From Octopus vulgaris (taxonomy: Eukaryota), in NCBI GenBank assembly GCA_951406725.2, contig OX597826.1, positions 14,260,001-14,324,000 on the forward strand: 64,000 nt of DNA, in the 5' to 3' direction. Made by a program: the position numbers and the translations under genes. Below, in pieces: positions 38,470 through 51,510 of the stretch (the first letter of the stretch is position 1; every line of letters starts with the position of its first letter). The notes under the pieces are model-generated. The model ran no database searches and had not been told where the DNA came from. It worked only from the letters and a program-made list of their open reading frames with translations.

Positions 38470-39730
38470 CTCCTTCTTTCTTCAAACTCTTTTCTATTTC
38501 TCGTCGAGTGTTTTCCGTACACCTAGGGCAGAGAAGCTAATTTTATGCATTCCCAGATTACACACGCAAATTCACAGGTAAAATATGCATTTAAAAAAAA
38601 AAAAAATAAATAAATTCATGAATGGATGTTGTTTTCACAGCGATAATGCTCTTCTCAGTACATGAGGGGTTCCAGTTAACACGATTTTTTACACTTCCTG
38701 TAGGGATGGTAAGCCTGGTATCATTTTCAAATGGGTTTAAGTACCGTTTTTTTACCATTCCTCGAGATCCTACAATCACTGGTACTGTAACTGCCTTCTA
38801 TTATTAAGTCTTTATATTTACTGATCTTGTCAAATTCTTTCACCGCTATATTGTGATCGCAAGGAATACTCAAGTCAATTAATAAACACCCCTTTGTTGT
38901 CTGACCTTTTATAATAATATCCGGTTTATTAGCTTTTATAGTTTTGTCGGTATGTATGGGGAAGTCCCAGAGAATCGACACATTTTCTCCTTCAGTCTCA
39001 GCTTCAGGATGCCATTTATACCATTCATACCATTTGCAAACATATTGTCCAGTGTAAATACTGGCCGACTCTGGCATTGCTTGCTTTATATTCTACAGGT
39101 ACTAAGACTCTACACCCTGAGATTAGTTGGTCTATACTTTCAATATTATCCTTACAAAATCGGCATTTTGGGTCAGCTCCAGTTTTTATCCCATTGGCTT
39201 GGTAGTTCCGGGTTAATAAGCTTTGGTCTTGAGCAGCTAATATGAAACCTTCACTCTCTGATTTTAGCCCTGAACTTTGTAACCTTTTATGCGTGTGTTT
39301 CTTGTCAACATCAGCTTGTTAGCTACGGGCCACATACTTGCCATGGAGAGGTTTCTGTTCCCATCTGCTAGCTAATTTTTCATGTGATTTTGTTTTTGCA
39401 ATTAATTTTATTTTCTTTGCGGCAGCAGTTGGCGCATTTCCTTCAACCTGATCAATCTGGTAGGTATCTAAGAGGTCAGTAGCGAAGTTTTTGCTCTCTT
39501 CCAGAATAAAGTAAAGTTTTTTCGGCCTTTCATGTTTTTCAACAAGTTTTAGCATCCAATCATTGGTTGTTTCACAGTATTCGGCCAGTCCTATTGTGGT
39601 GGTTTTTGTACGGATGTTCAAGCTGGATCAAGCTTCGACCTCCCTCAGCTCTGGGAAGGTAAAGACGATCCACGTCTGCTTTGGATGGTGAATCTTATTA
39701 CAAATCAGTTGCTTGCGGATTTTTCTATCA
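38470..39730 (-). mobile_element. R4/Dong-type (RLE) LINE, 5'-truncated, flanked by (ATT)n
   Basis: RLYLPRAEGGRSL, WEQKPLHGKY, GLKSESEGF, AQDQSLLTRNY, CRFCKDNIESIDQLISGC, ILWDFPIHTDKTIKANKPDIII..LLIDLSIP..KEFDKISKYKDL. ATT tracts at 38355-38465 and 39731-39746. Confidence 0.92.
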
Positions 39731-39752
39731 ATTATTATTATTATTATGAATA

Positions 39753-40306
39753 TTGAGTGAGAGAGCAGTGCATGCTATGAAAGTGACACTGGGGTAAAAT
39801 ATACGAAGCCCAGTATACCCATCATGACTACTCGTCTAATAAGGGTGCACGAGGCACATGCATCACAACCACATGTGTGCGACACAGCGATCTCATATCA
39901 AGATAAACAGCACATGACCTTGCAGGTAGGGCGCAGTTAGATTTTTTTCTGGTTGAGTAGCCCATCCTGCTTAAGTGGTCCCTGAATAAGGGTTGTTTAA
40001 GGATGTTGAACGAACCGCTCATGTTTCCGAAGGTGAATTATCAAAACCTTCAAGAATTCATTTCAACACACAGCTATGATGTTTCCCCTCTACTTCTGCT
40101 CGTGATCAGAGATGCACATATCGTCAGCCACTAAGGGACGTGCTCAACTGGTTAAGGTTAAATAACTGACAAGCAAATCTGTGGTTTTAAGCAGAATATT
40201 TGCTGGAGCCCATCTTTTATACCAAGACAAACCAATGTAAATGATAACACTTCCAATCAGTTAAATTAAGAAGCCATGAGAGCCACTGCTTGGTACTGCA
40301 TCAGGG

Positions 40307-40308
<2 letters not shown>
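39753..40308. mobile_element. Unclassified ~555-bp non-coding element embedded in (ATT)n
   Basis: Sharply bounded, higher-GC block with ATT repeats on both sides. No convincing ORF and no TIRs. Confidence 0.5.
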
Positions 40309-40348
<40 letters not shown>

Positions 40349-40436
40349 TTTATGCTTAATGAAAATATGAAATAATGGAATAATGAATTAATGGGAGGGA
40401 AACAAAAACTCGGAAATGTGAACATATTATTACTAC

Positions 40437-40547
<111 letters not shown>

Positions 40548-40548
40548 T

Positions 40549-40935
40549 CAGTATTATTTGTTTCACGTGTTTTCTCTGCACTACCGAGCGCAGCTCAGTG
40601 TGCGGTGCCTAGTAGTGCTATTTTCTGTGTTATATACACATCTTAGTCCTGGTACTTTTGTTATGTGTTTGTGTGAACTTCTTTTTGTTATTATACCTAA
40701 TACGGCTACTATACTAGGAATTGCTTCAGTTTTTAGATTTCACATTGTGTTACTACTATTTCTAGATCTTTGTATTTTGAAAGTTTCTCACCGTCTTCTA
40801 GAGAAATGTTGTCATCTGTTGGTATTGATACATCAATTAGAAAGCATTTTTCTTCTTCATGGTCTCCCTATTAGCCTTAATTTCTCTGTGTGTATTATTG
40901 CTTTCTCATTTCTCTCTGTTGTTATTCCATAGTGT
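40549..40935 (-). mobile_element. R4/Dong-type LINE 3' fragment next to (ATT)n
   Basis: Minus strand: KCFLIDVSIPTDDNISLEDGEKLSKYKDLEIVVTQCEI. The 3' end shares CACTACCGAGCGCAGCTC with 60643. Confidence 0.8.
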
Positions 40936-40959
40936 TTGTATAGCTTCCAGTGTAGGCCT

Positions 40960-41365
40960 CAACTCCAGTGTAGGTCCCAACTCTGTTGTGTCTGTGAATA
41001 TATTACTTCCTAACCAGGATTGGGAAGCCAGGGAGAATATGTCTTATTGTTTCTTCCCCATCACCACATATTCTGAAGTTACTTATATCTCTTTTCACTG
41101 CGTGTATTTGGTCATTTCCTGGTGGGAAATCTTTGATCTTGTGCTGCAATTTAAAATCCTACAGTCTCTGCCTCGAGTGTTCTTAGGATTCTCGAAGAAT
41201 GTAGGATTTACTTCCAATTTCTTTCAGTCTTTTAGGCAGTATTTTGGATGTTGTGCTAAGTACATCAATTACTAGATGAATAATTGTCGTTTTGACCTTC
41301 CACAGTGCGACCACCTCTCTGTCTAGATCCTGATACTTCTCAATTTTTTCCATGACTTTGCTGCT
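40960..41365 (-). mobile_element. R4/Dong-type LINE 3' fragment
   Basis: KVMEKIEKYQDLDREVVALWKVKTTIIHLVIDVL, abutting an (ATT)n tract. A family A SINE head follows at 41469-41540. Confidence 0.75.
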
Positions 41366-41409
41366 CTTGTTGTTTTTGTTATTACTATTATTATCATTGT
41401 TGTTGTTGC

Positions 41410-41469
<60 letters not shown>

Positions 41470-43537
41470 GGTAGCGAGCTGGCAGAGTTGTTAGGACGCC
41501 GGGCATAATACTTAGCAGCAGTTCGTCCGTCTTTACGTTTATCAAAAGAACTGAGTATTTGATGCAACTATGCCCCCCGCTGCACAAACAGTTTACAACA
41601 AAATGCAAATTCCCCACAGATCTTCTAACAAACTTAATTTTATATTTGTTGATTCCTTTTTCGTATTTTCATTTAATTTCATGGAACCAACTGGAGAATG
41701 GAGAGCTCTCACAACTTTCTGGTGCGTATTTTTTTGAATTCTTCAGGATTCAATAATGGATTTTCTTGTGTGAGTTTTTACGTATTACAAAATAATTTGG
41801 AATCTCACAAATTCTAACACATACTATTTCTAGATATATTTTAGCCATTATTCTACTGGTCAAATGCATTTCATGGGTCAATTTTGGTTTAGCCTTCAAA
41901 GAATTATTATAAGCTCACTATTATAGATGTGTTTATTTCGTTTTCAGTTTATATTCTATTTTTAGGTACTGATGTTAAATATCTCTTTTGTGTTCTACTA
42001 GAATCGACTGAAATTTTGAAAGGATCAAATATTGTGCAATAAGTAGAGATATTTTATTATATAGCGCACCAGATCAGTCTAATAAACATGCGAGCATTAA
42101 ACGATATCTTTACCGAGAAATTCTACCAGTTGATTATATCTCATTCTTTCATTCTATATCAATATTAGCGGTCGTTAATCTCCTCATTCTATGTAGACTG
42201 CTATGTTGTCGTGTAGGACGTGATTTTAGAAAGGAAAACGATCTATCTAAGTACTCGCTTAAACAATATTTACGACTTAAACCATTTTCATTAGAATATT
42301 TCAGTCTCTAAATTCTCTAAATTTCCCATCAAGTGAAGTATCATCTTTAGTTATTTCTTTTATGCACAAGCAAGTTCTACAGCGTCAGTTCCTGTAATTA
42401 GATAACCTCAACTGCTGATAAATATCGAGTTGCTAAGAGACGAAACAAATTGCTTTTTCCCATTGGCCTTTCCAATTGATTTTTGGGGGTCTTCTCAATA
42501 TTAACCATTTTGAAGGAATAAAATGCCATACTGACCTCCAACAATAATCAATGGTCTATAGAACCATCACCCGTCTCATGTGGTGATGGGGTAGACTGGA
42601 GGGAAAACGTTTGGCATCAGAATTAGCAACACGACTGAGCTTCGGTGAAAAAGTTTATTTCTCTGTGGTTTTTGGTAATAGAAAGCTGTAAATGAAACCG
42701 ATACACATTTGAAAATTTTAAATATTATATTTGGAGAGTTTAGATTGTTGCGAATTTAAGTCCTTTTCTCACCGTCAAATAGTGACAACGTTATTTAATC
42801 TGTCTAGTTTGCTAATAGGATTTTTATAAGAAAAATGTTTCCAACACATCAAAAATGTTAAAAAAACGCATAAATATATCGGTAGCAGAGGAAAATGATA
42901 ATTGAAAAGTTATTGATGCTGCAACTACGTCCTTACGTATGCATTCTCAAGACGAATACTGCGGACCGCAGTCTGCGGTTAGGCGGGCTTTCGAAAATGT
43001 ATCTATTTTAAATATGAAATACACAAAGACACAGACAGACACACGCATATGTTATATATATATATATATGTATATACCAGCAGGCATATATACGTTTATA
43101 TCAAACTCTCATATGTATACAGCAGAACTGAAGTTAACGTTATATTCAAAATAAATCGGACCTACTCGCATTTTATACATAGAAGTGTCTGTTGCCTATT
43201 ATCTGTAACAAAACATCTTCATCGTAATTAAACATTATAGATTCACAATAAATATCAAAAGAAAAATACAGAGAATAGAAAATAATGTACATTCTATCAC
43301 CGCACATGATGCTCAGATCTGACTTACAAAACACATAAAACACTAAAAAATATTGTTGCTATGCAACAGTTAACTTTGAATGCATTCGTTTTCTAATGGA
43401 ATTGGCTTAAACGCCTTTGGTCGTAGACACATTCGGTTGCAGCTGACCTAGAGTCAAACTTCATAAATATAGATACTTATACATGCATACATACCTACAG
43501 ACAGACACACACACACGTACACAAAAACGCATATACG

Positions 43538-43591
<54 letters not shown>

Positions 43592-45589
43592 AAATCACTA
43601 TAAAAAATATATTTGCAGTGAGTTAAGTAAGCAACTTCACCGCTACAAACTTAAAGTATGAAATAACCTGTTAAGACTAAATTTCTCGAAGATTCTACTT
43701 TTAAACATCACTGCTACACTATACTAGACTACGCAAATCAACTAGAGAGAGTCCATGATGTCATATGACATGTTTGAAATAGTAGCCAAATCTACTTCAA
43801 TTCGTATATTAAAAAACACGAAGATATTAGATAATATGTTAGGTGTCTCTAAAATGACAAAAAATTCCAGGTTACAAATGTTTTATCGTGTGTTGCTCGA
43901 TTAGGTGTGAGGTACCCTAATGCTCAGCTACAACACTACAATGGAAGTATTTTATAGAAAATAAATATTCGACAGCAATATATTGTACAACAGCGACGCT
44001 TCTTCTACTATACTGTGAGCATACATATGCAGAAAACGATACCAAATGCGATTTATTGAATTATCAGCATAGTACATCTTGTAATCACACCGAACATGTG
44101 AAACACTAACACCACCAAAGCAAAAGAAAATAATAAAGAAAATAAAAAGAAACCAGAAATCTCATTCCATACATTCTATATTCAAATAGAGGCGGTACTA
44201 TAGTAATACCATAAATAATAAACTATCACAAATATATAAAAAAAAACAAAGAAAGCAGCGTAGATGTGGCATACAAACACGATACTACAGCGCTAAATGT
44301 AAATGCTGCATACAGCTCGAGTGCATGATGGTAAAAAGATTTGGTGTAGCAGAAACTCGCACGAATTATATGAGCAAAAAATTATCTACAATAGCGAGAG
44401 AAATATTAATAATCGGCAAAAGACAATTTTGTTTTGTTGTATCCAAGAAAATTAATTGAAAATATCCTTAGGTAATTTATTCCTAAAGATTAAAGTACTG
44501 GATGAAACAGATTGAAAAATTAACAGGTACTATTACAGCATATTAGGAAGTGCTGGATATTTGATAAGACATTCTGAAATAGGGAAGGCAAAGTATCTCT
44601 TCTAGTTGACGGCTGAGGAAATGAAGCTTCACGAAAATGCGTTCCAGTTGAGTGAAAATCAGAAAATATATGTTAACCGAGATCTGAGAGAACTTTTATC
44701 GTTGGTATAATCGGTTCATTATTGGGAAAAAGTGTTGAAGAGAAATTATATGAATGGAAATAATTTAGCAGATAGGTAGGTGCATAAGCTAAAGGATATG
44801 CACACACTATTACATAGGCACACACAGCTATTTAGTTATACACACACACATATGCACAAAACATATACACACGCACAAGCACACACACACATATGCACAA
44901 AACATATACACACGCACAATCACACACACACACACGTGCATATACATACAACGAGAGAAGCACAGACATGTTGAGAGACAGAAATGCATATATGGTGGAA
45001 CAGATATAAGTGTATATGCATATAATATACGCGCCTACTTGTTACACACATAAACACACATCGCACTCTCTCTGTATATAAACATATATACATTTATATA
45101 CATACATATATACATATATATACATATATACATACACACACACATGTATATGTTTGTATATATAAGTACGGGGGGAGAGATATGTGGTTACATAGACAGA
45201 TACATAGCATACATAATGTTGTATAGGTGAGTATATTGTTATGCCGTGCATTGAGCTACACACAAAGCAAACTCAAGCATCCACACACGCCCATACACAT
45301 ACAGTCTAAAGAACGGCAGAGTATAAACGAGCAGAGAGCCTCCATGTTGTTTACGTAACAATTATAATTGCTTGAAGACAATTCCTGTTCTTTTCATCAT
45401 GACAGCATTTTTCTCTTTGTTACGATATTGTGTGAATAGTAATCCTTCACGTACATCCATTGTATTATCCTTTCCTAGGAATTTACACACACTTACGCAC
45501 GCGCGCACACACACACATATATATATATATACATATATACATATAGATATATACATGCACACACACACACACACTCATATATATAAATA

Positions 45590-46360
45590 CACATCGACCT
45601 AACAAACTACCTCTCTACCAGATAACTCGTAATCCAATATATACGACAACCCACCAAAACAGACACCAACATACGCATCCATAGCCCTACCTTTACCCAG
45701 GTAACACCCCTAATCCGATTAAACGAACTCGAGACGTCATATGGTTCCACCACTCCGTTTCATCCTTAACGTCCAGACTCAAGTACCCAAACTCTCCTTC
45801 GTCTTACACGAAAAATATTTCCCTATATCTAACCCCTTAGAAAAATGTTTAACTCTCAATCCATAAAATGATCCTACTCCAACACCACCAACATTTCCGG
45901 AGTTATCCGACATCTTAACATGAAATTACAAAATCTACTAACGGGTAACCCCCACCCTAGTAAATAAATTCAACCTAACCTCCAATTCTATACATACAAA
46001 CCCAATACACCAACTGACACCCCATAACAAAACAAACCCTTATAACTACAACTATAGTGCCATTGCAAACACTCGGCCCTTAAATTTAGCACAACACCTA
46101 AATATACCTCCTGCTATATCAGAGAATACCACAGAGGACACCACCGGATACAATAATTACAATACCATACAACCCAACAACATTATCCTCAACCCCTTAA
46201 CAATTGATAACCTTAGCACAAACTATAATAACGAACCAAAATCCGATTCCTTACTAAATAATAATCCTCTCAGAAGCTCATCCGGAGGACTCCCTACAAA
46301 CCTATGCAACTACAGATGTCCAAACTCCTGTCTCTGTAAATTTGATCATGTAACGGGAAT
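45590..46360 (+). mobile_element. Penelope-like element remnant (RT C-terminus/linker, Naiad-like)
   Basis: KRTRDVIWF..PF, EKYFPISNP, KMFNSQSIK*SYSNTTNISGVI, and CNYRCPNSC (decayed CxCx5C). Confidence 0.65.
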
Positions 46361-46559
46361 GTAAACTGAAGCATTTATTTTCGGGAATATGCATGCATTC
46401 ATTAAATAAGTATATACATACATACATACATTCTCATACGCGCAAACACACACACTCACACATACATATGTGTGTTTGCGCCTTTAAACATACATAAGTC
46501 GTATTCCAAGTGAATTCTTTACTTGTCTAGAGCGTTATTGCATTGTTGTGATAGCAAAA

Positions 46560-46878
46560 GGCAGCGAGTTGGCAGAGTCGTTAGTACGCCGGGCGAAATG
46601 CTTACCGGTATTTCGTCTGCCGCTACGTTCTGAGTTCAAATTCCGCCGAAGTCGACTTTGCCTTTCATCCTTTCGGGGTCGATTAAATAAGTACTATTTA
46701 CGGTCTGGGGTCGATATAATCAACTTAATCCGTGTGTCTGTCCTTGTTTGTCCTCTCTGTGTTTAGCCCCTTGTGGGTAGTAAAGATATAGGTATTACCA
46801 ATTACGCACTGGGCTCGATGTAATTTACTTAATCCGTTCGTCTGTCCTTGTTTGTCCCCTATATGTTTAGCCCCTTGT
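46560..46878 (+). mobile_element. Family A SINE plus a tandem second 3' half
   Basis: Full copy at 46560-46790, then TACCAATTACGCACTGGG...TAGCCCCTTGT repeated at 46796-46878. Confidence 0.88.
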
Positions 46879-46981
46879 AAAATTCAAAGGCATAGAGTAA
46901 CGTAAATTTCATAACAATTTTAGTCCCATATTTTGACATTTCGTTTTCATTCAGCATCTACAATAAAAATATTACAGAGGA

Positions 46982-47280
46982 ATGATGAAGATGATGATGA
47001 TGATGATGATGATGGTGATGATGTTGATAATGAGAGAAAGAGAAAAAAAGATCATGGTGAAGAAGATGAAAAGGAAGGAGTAGGCGGAGGAGGTGGAGAA
47101 GGAGAGAAAGAAGAAGAAGAAGAAGAAGAAGAAGAAGAAGAAGAAGAAGAAGAAGAAGAAGAAGAAGAAGAAGAAGAGAAAGAAGAAAATTAAGGAAAGA
47201 GGAAAATATGATAATGATAACGCTGATGATGGAAAAAAAGAACAACAACAAAAACAACAACAACAACAACAGCAAAAGAA
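46982..47280. repeat. Compound (GAT)/(GGA)/(GAA)/(CAA) microsatellite
   Basis: Directly visible; the poly-D/E/K ORFs here are its translations. Confidence 0.92.
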
Positions 47281-47937
47281 ATAAGAATGGAAAAGTTGAA
47301 GAGCAATTATTCATATATCTTTGCATAATGACACATACAATAGAAGTTCATTGTATACATGTGACTGTCATACCATTTCCAAAGACATTTCCAAGAATAA
47401 CATCATTTCACTTGATATCAGACTCAGATTCGGTTAGATTTACTGCCACTCCAAGATATCCTCATTTCACATCATATAATTTTAATAGTTCGGAATCCTA
47501 ATTTATCAGACAGCTAAGACGAACATTGCGGCTAAAACGGTGATAACTGAATATCGTGTCCGCTTAAATCACACAGTTGAATAGTATTGTGTAATATGTA
47601 TTACTGCATATCAGTAAAGTAAGCCTGAATGTTAGGCAAACACTAGAATATTTCATTTTAAATTTATATCTCTGATTAACGAACAACAAACCTTGACAAT
47701 ATTTGATGTCATAACGGAGCGGTTAAAATGATCGCTTTATAACCGATACACTCTGAGTTCGATGGAATGTCATTGAAATTTGAGAACGTATTTCACCCAG
47801 TGTTGTAAGAGAATTTGGATAGACAAAAACTGTGTGCAACTGTTAATCTAATGTCCTGTCTTGTTCAGTCGTTTTACACTCATTCAACGTAAGATATTAA
47901 GCTAACGTGACAGAAGTAAAGACGGTATTGATGGTAA

Positions 47938-48170
47938 GGCGGCGAGCTGGCAGAAACGTTAGCACGCCGGGCGAAATGCGTAGCCGTATTTCGTTTGCCG
48001 TTACGTTCTGAGTTCAACTTCCGCCGAGGTCGACTTTGCCTTTCATCATTTCGGGGTCGATAAATTAAGTACCAGTTACGCACTGGGGTCGATGTAATCG
48101 ACTTAATCCTTTTGTCTGTCCTTGTTTGTCCCCTCTGTGTTTAGCCCCTCGTGGGTAATAAATAAACATA
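47938..48170 (+). mobile_element. tRNA-derived SINE, family A
   Basis: Full copy. 19-bp TSD-like repeat ATATTAAG(C/T)TAACGT(G/T)ACA at 47894-47912 and 48170-48188. Confidence 0.92.
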
Positions 48171-48299
48171 TATTAAGTTAACGTTACACGTCACTGCAGA
48201 ATGGACCTTATTGAATATGTTAGCAAATATATTACTTTTGTTTAGAAAGAAGAGAGTGAAGGCAAACCCTAAATTAAGGGAATGCAAGAATTAATTGAA

Positions 48300-49230
48300 A
48301 GATGACAAAAGATAAAGATTTCCTTCAGCACGTATCACAATGATGCGATTATATAGGAAGCTACACATTCAACAGATTAGTGATAGGTGCATGTTGGTTG
48401 ACATGCATTTCTGGCTCTTTCACGCACCAGAATCTTGATCTCCCAAGTATCTCGAGAGTTTTTCTGGTAGATTCATCACAGAAATTGGAGTGATAAAATA
48501 AAAACATGTCTGGAGAATCGTACCCGATACGACAAACTGGAAGCCGTTGACTCAGCAGCGCAAATCCTGCAATAGCATCACGTGTGCAATGGAATCCTTT
48601 GCTCATCACATGAATCTCATGTTTCCCTATCTCCCAGGATAAGTAGCCAGAACTTATCACCTGATTTGCGATCTCGGAAGAATCAGCATGTATGCCGCCA
48701 GGGACAGTTGACATAAAACTTCTAGAAGAGGAGAAGGGTGATATATGTTTGCAATGCAGATAAATATCTGATCCAAGATGTAATAGTGGTTTGGGGATGT
48801 ATACATAGGTAAGCTGGATTTGGTTGTATAAATGTTGGAGAATTTGAGCCAGAGAAGTGTGGAATCATTAGAACTAAAATTCAAGGCAGGAAGGGGAGAC
48901 ACTATGCGCAAAACCCAAAGTTTGTAATGAAATCACTGCAGACAGTGTGTTCTGGACAGTAGATTTAGGTTGTAGATAGAAGGCGAACCATTTTGCATCT
49001 CAGGGAAAAATAGGATTTATGGTTTGTGTGTGAATAAGAGAGTATGTGTGAGACATACGATGGAGAAAAGGTCGTTGATATTTGAAAAGGTAACGGAAAT
49101 TGGGCAAAGATTTTGGAGCCAACATTTACGTTTAAGGAAGGAAATGCGTGGAAAGATCACGTAAATCCCCAGAACGAAGGCCTGGACCAAATACTTGTAA
49201 CAAACTCCGCTATAGAAAAGAACTGTCTCA
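48300..49230 (-). mobile_element. Decayed APE-endonuclease region of a CR1/Jockey-type LINE
   Basis: Minus strand VTFSNINDL..THKP*ILFFPEMQ and LLWLKFS..TKSSLPMYTSPN resemble the N-I-G-L..P..L.L.ET and W.K...Y.SPN motifs of LINE endonucleases. Heavily mutated. Confidence 0.5.
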
Positions 49231-49285
49231 TGGAACTGTCGAATCTTTATGCCCTCCAACGCCGTTGACTGTTGAACAATGTATA

Positions 49286-49694
49286 TACTCTTTTACTCTC
49301 TTTTACTTGTTTCAGTCATTTGACTGCGGGCATGCTGGAGCACCGCCTTCTAGTCGAGTAAATCGACCCCAGGACTTATTCTTTGTAAGCCTAGTACTTA
49401 TTCTATCAGTCTGTTTTGCTGAACCGCTAAGTTACGGGACATAAACACACCACCTTCGCTTGTCAAGCAATGGTGGGGCGACAAACACAGACACACAAAC
49501 ATATACATACATACACATATATATACATGTATACGACGGGCTTCTTCCAGTTTCCGTCTACCAAATCCACTCAAGGCATTGGTCGGCCCGAGGCTATAGT
49601 AGAAGAGACTTGTCCAAGGTGCCACGCAGTGGGAATGAACACGGAACCATGTGGTTGGTCAGCAAGCTACTTACCACACAGCCACTTCTGCGCC
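49286..49694 (-). mobile_element. tRNA-derived SINE, family B
   Basis: Reverse complement of the family B copies. Confidence 0.92.
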
Positions 49695-49939
49695 TGTTTC
49701 TGAAAAAAAAAGATGCAGAAGTAGGCAGATTTAACCCAAACATCGTGTATCTATATAATATCTATCTGTTTCTCTCTCCCTCTCTCTCTATATATATATA
49801 TATATATATTTATTAATCAATATAGGGTGGCAAAAAAAAAAAATTTTGTAGAATTCTTTTGCCACCAGCGGCCTAGTGGGAAAAATTAAATAGTCATAGA
49901 CCATTTTTAAGTTCAATATCAACAATCAAGGAACGGCCA

Positions 49940-50157
49940 TAATAGGCCATTCACCCACTAGAAATAACAGGCTTCAACCGCAAATATTAATTCCGTAAAC
50001 CAGGAGAAAATTTAAAAACATTTACCCTGTAATTTCTTATACGATATACCGTATAAGAAATTATATCGTATAAGAAATTACAGGGTAAATGTTTTTAAAT
50101 TTTCTGTTTACGAATTAATTTTTATTTGCGTTAACTTTCTGTATTTCTATGGTGATG

Positions 50158-50160
<3 letters not shown>
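49940..50160. repeat. Fold-back palindrome between TA tracts
   Basis: Perfect 44-bp arms at 50005-50048 and 50062-50105; the outer arms are indel-rich. Confidence 0.85.
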
Positions 50161-50190
<30 letters not shown>

Positions 50191-50877
50191 CTATTTATCT
50201 ATCTATCTCATATCTCTTCTGCTTGGCTACACCTGTTGATATTTTAAAGTTTAGTGAAAATTCGTCATATTGGGGTAATTATCTGCGCTGAATCTCACTT
50301 TATCCAGAATTTTTTTTAAAAGAAGATACAATGGTTGAATGTTTGATAATTTTTACCCAGTCAAAAATCAGGATTCGGAAGATTTCCTTTTTGTGCGTGA
50401 CGGCACATTTTTGTGCTTGACGGTGTTGTGAAATGTAAACATGAAATATTAGCGGAATTCTGCTTTATGCAGGCCACATAACACATCATAATTTCTTTTT
50501 CTTTTGGGAATTTTCAGAATTTTTTTGTGAATTTGTATTCTACTCAGGGGAATTATTTCGCTTGTGATTTAAAGCCTATTTAGCTGTTAATTTTAGCACA
50601 TCTCATACCACATGCGTTTTAAGCATTTAATAAACGACAAAAAGAAAACGTCGTGCGCAGCCTTGTAACGACTTGTTACTATGGAAACAGGCACGAATCT
50701 GTGGCTTTCGGTTGGCTAAAATTACCCAACATTTGCAAACTTTAAAAGTTATTAACTTATTCTATATTGATTTATGGTAAAAATAAATGTTATGTCAATA
50801 ATTACTTCACAGAAGTACAAAAGTCCGCCGAATATGAAATCAAAAATTAAAGAAACTAAAACGCTAAATATATATTA

Positions 50878-51510
50878 CATGGGAAAATGCGAGCAAGAGA
50901 TATAATATTCTTAAGATTATAAACCAGGAAAATTACACGACGATTTATTACACATGGAAAAGTTCAGGACAACTTATCACATTTGGTGAATTCAATTTTT
51001 AATTATCAATTAATAATTAGAAATTTGAAAATAAGTTATAAAAATAATAGTAGTACATAATTAGTTAATATAATAAATAGAATACTCCAAAAATTAGATA
51101 TATGTTACAGTCAAATCTAACTATAACATCAAATTCACGAGTTATTGCTAAGTCTAATGTCCATTTTTTGCATAATGAATTTGCCTACCATATATACTCT
51201 TCTACTTTGCATAAAACTTTAGCTATATTGGTACTTATGACTCTCCTTTTTTAAGTATTCTAGTGTGTCAATGCTTTAACAAAATGATGGTACCTTTTTA
51301 GATTATAATGTTACTTTTCAAATTAAAATCAAATAATTTTTAATATTCAAATTTTACCCTTAGAGGCAATATTTTAAGTAAAAGTTTTCTTGCACTGTAC
51401 TTCACCACACGTAATAAGTTGTCCTGAACTTTTCCAAGTGTATTAACTTGTCCTGTAATTTTCCAGGTTTATAATCTTAAGAATATTATTTTTGCTCGCA
51501 TTTTTCCATG
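50878..51510. repeat. ~110-bp inverted repeat pair with ~410-bp spacer (MITE/foldback-like)
   Basis: 50878-50990 (CATGGGAAAATGCGAGC...AGTTCAGGACAACTTAT) is the reverse complement of 51401-51510. Confidence 0.75.

Noticed and set aside
46933-47193. Acidic D/E-rich ORF resembling a nucleolin or prothymosin tract
   Set aside because: Pure GAT/GAA repeats without synonymous variation or exon context.
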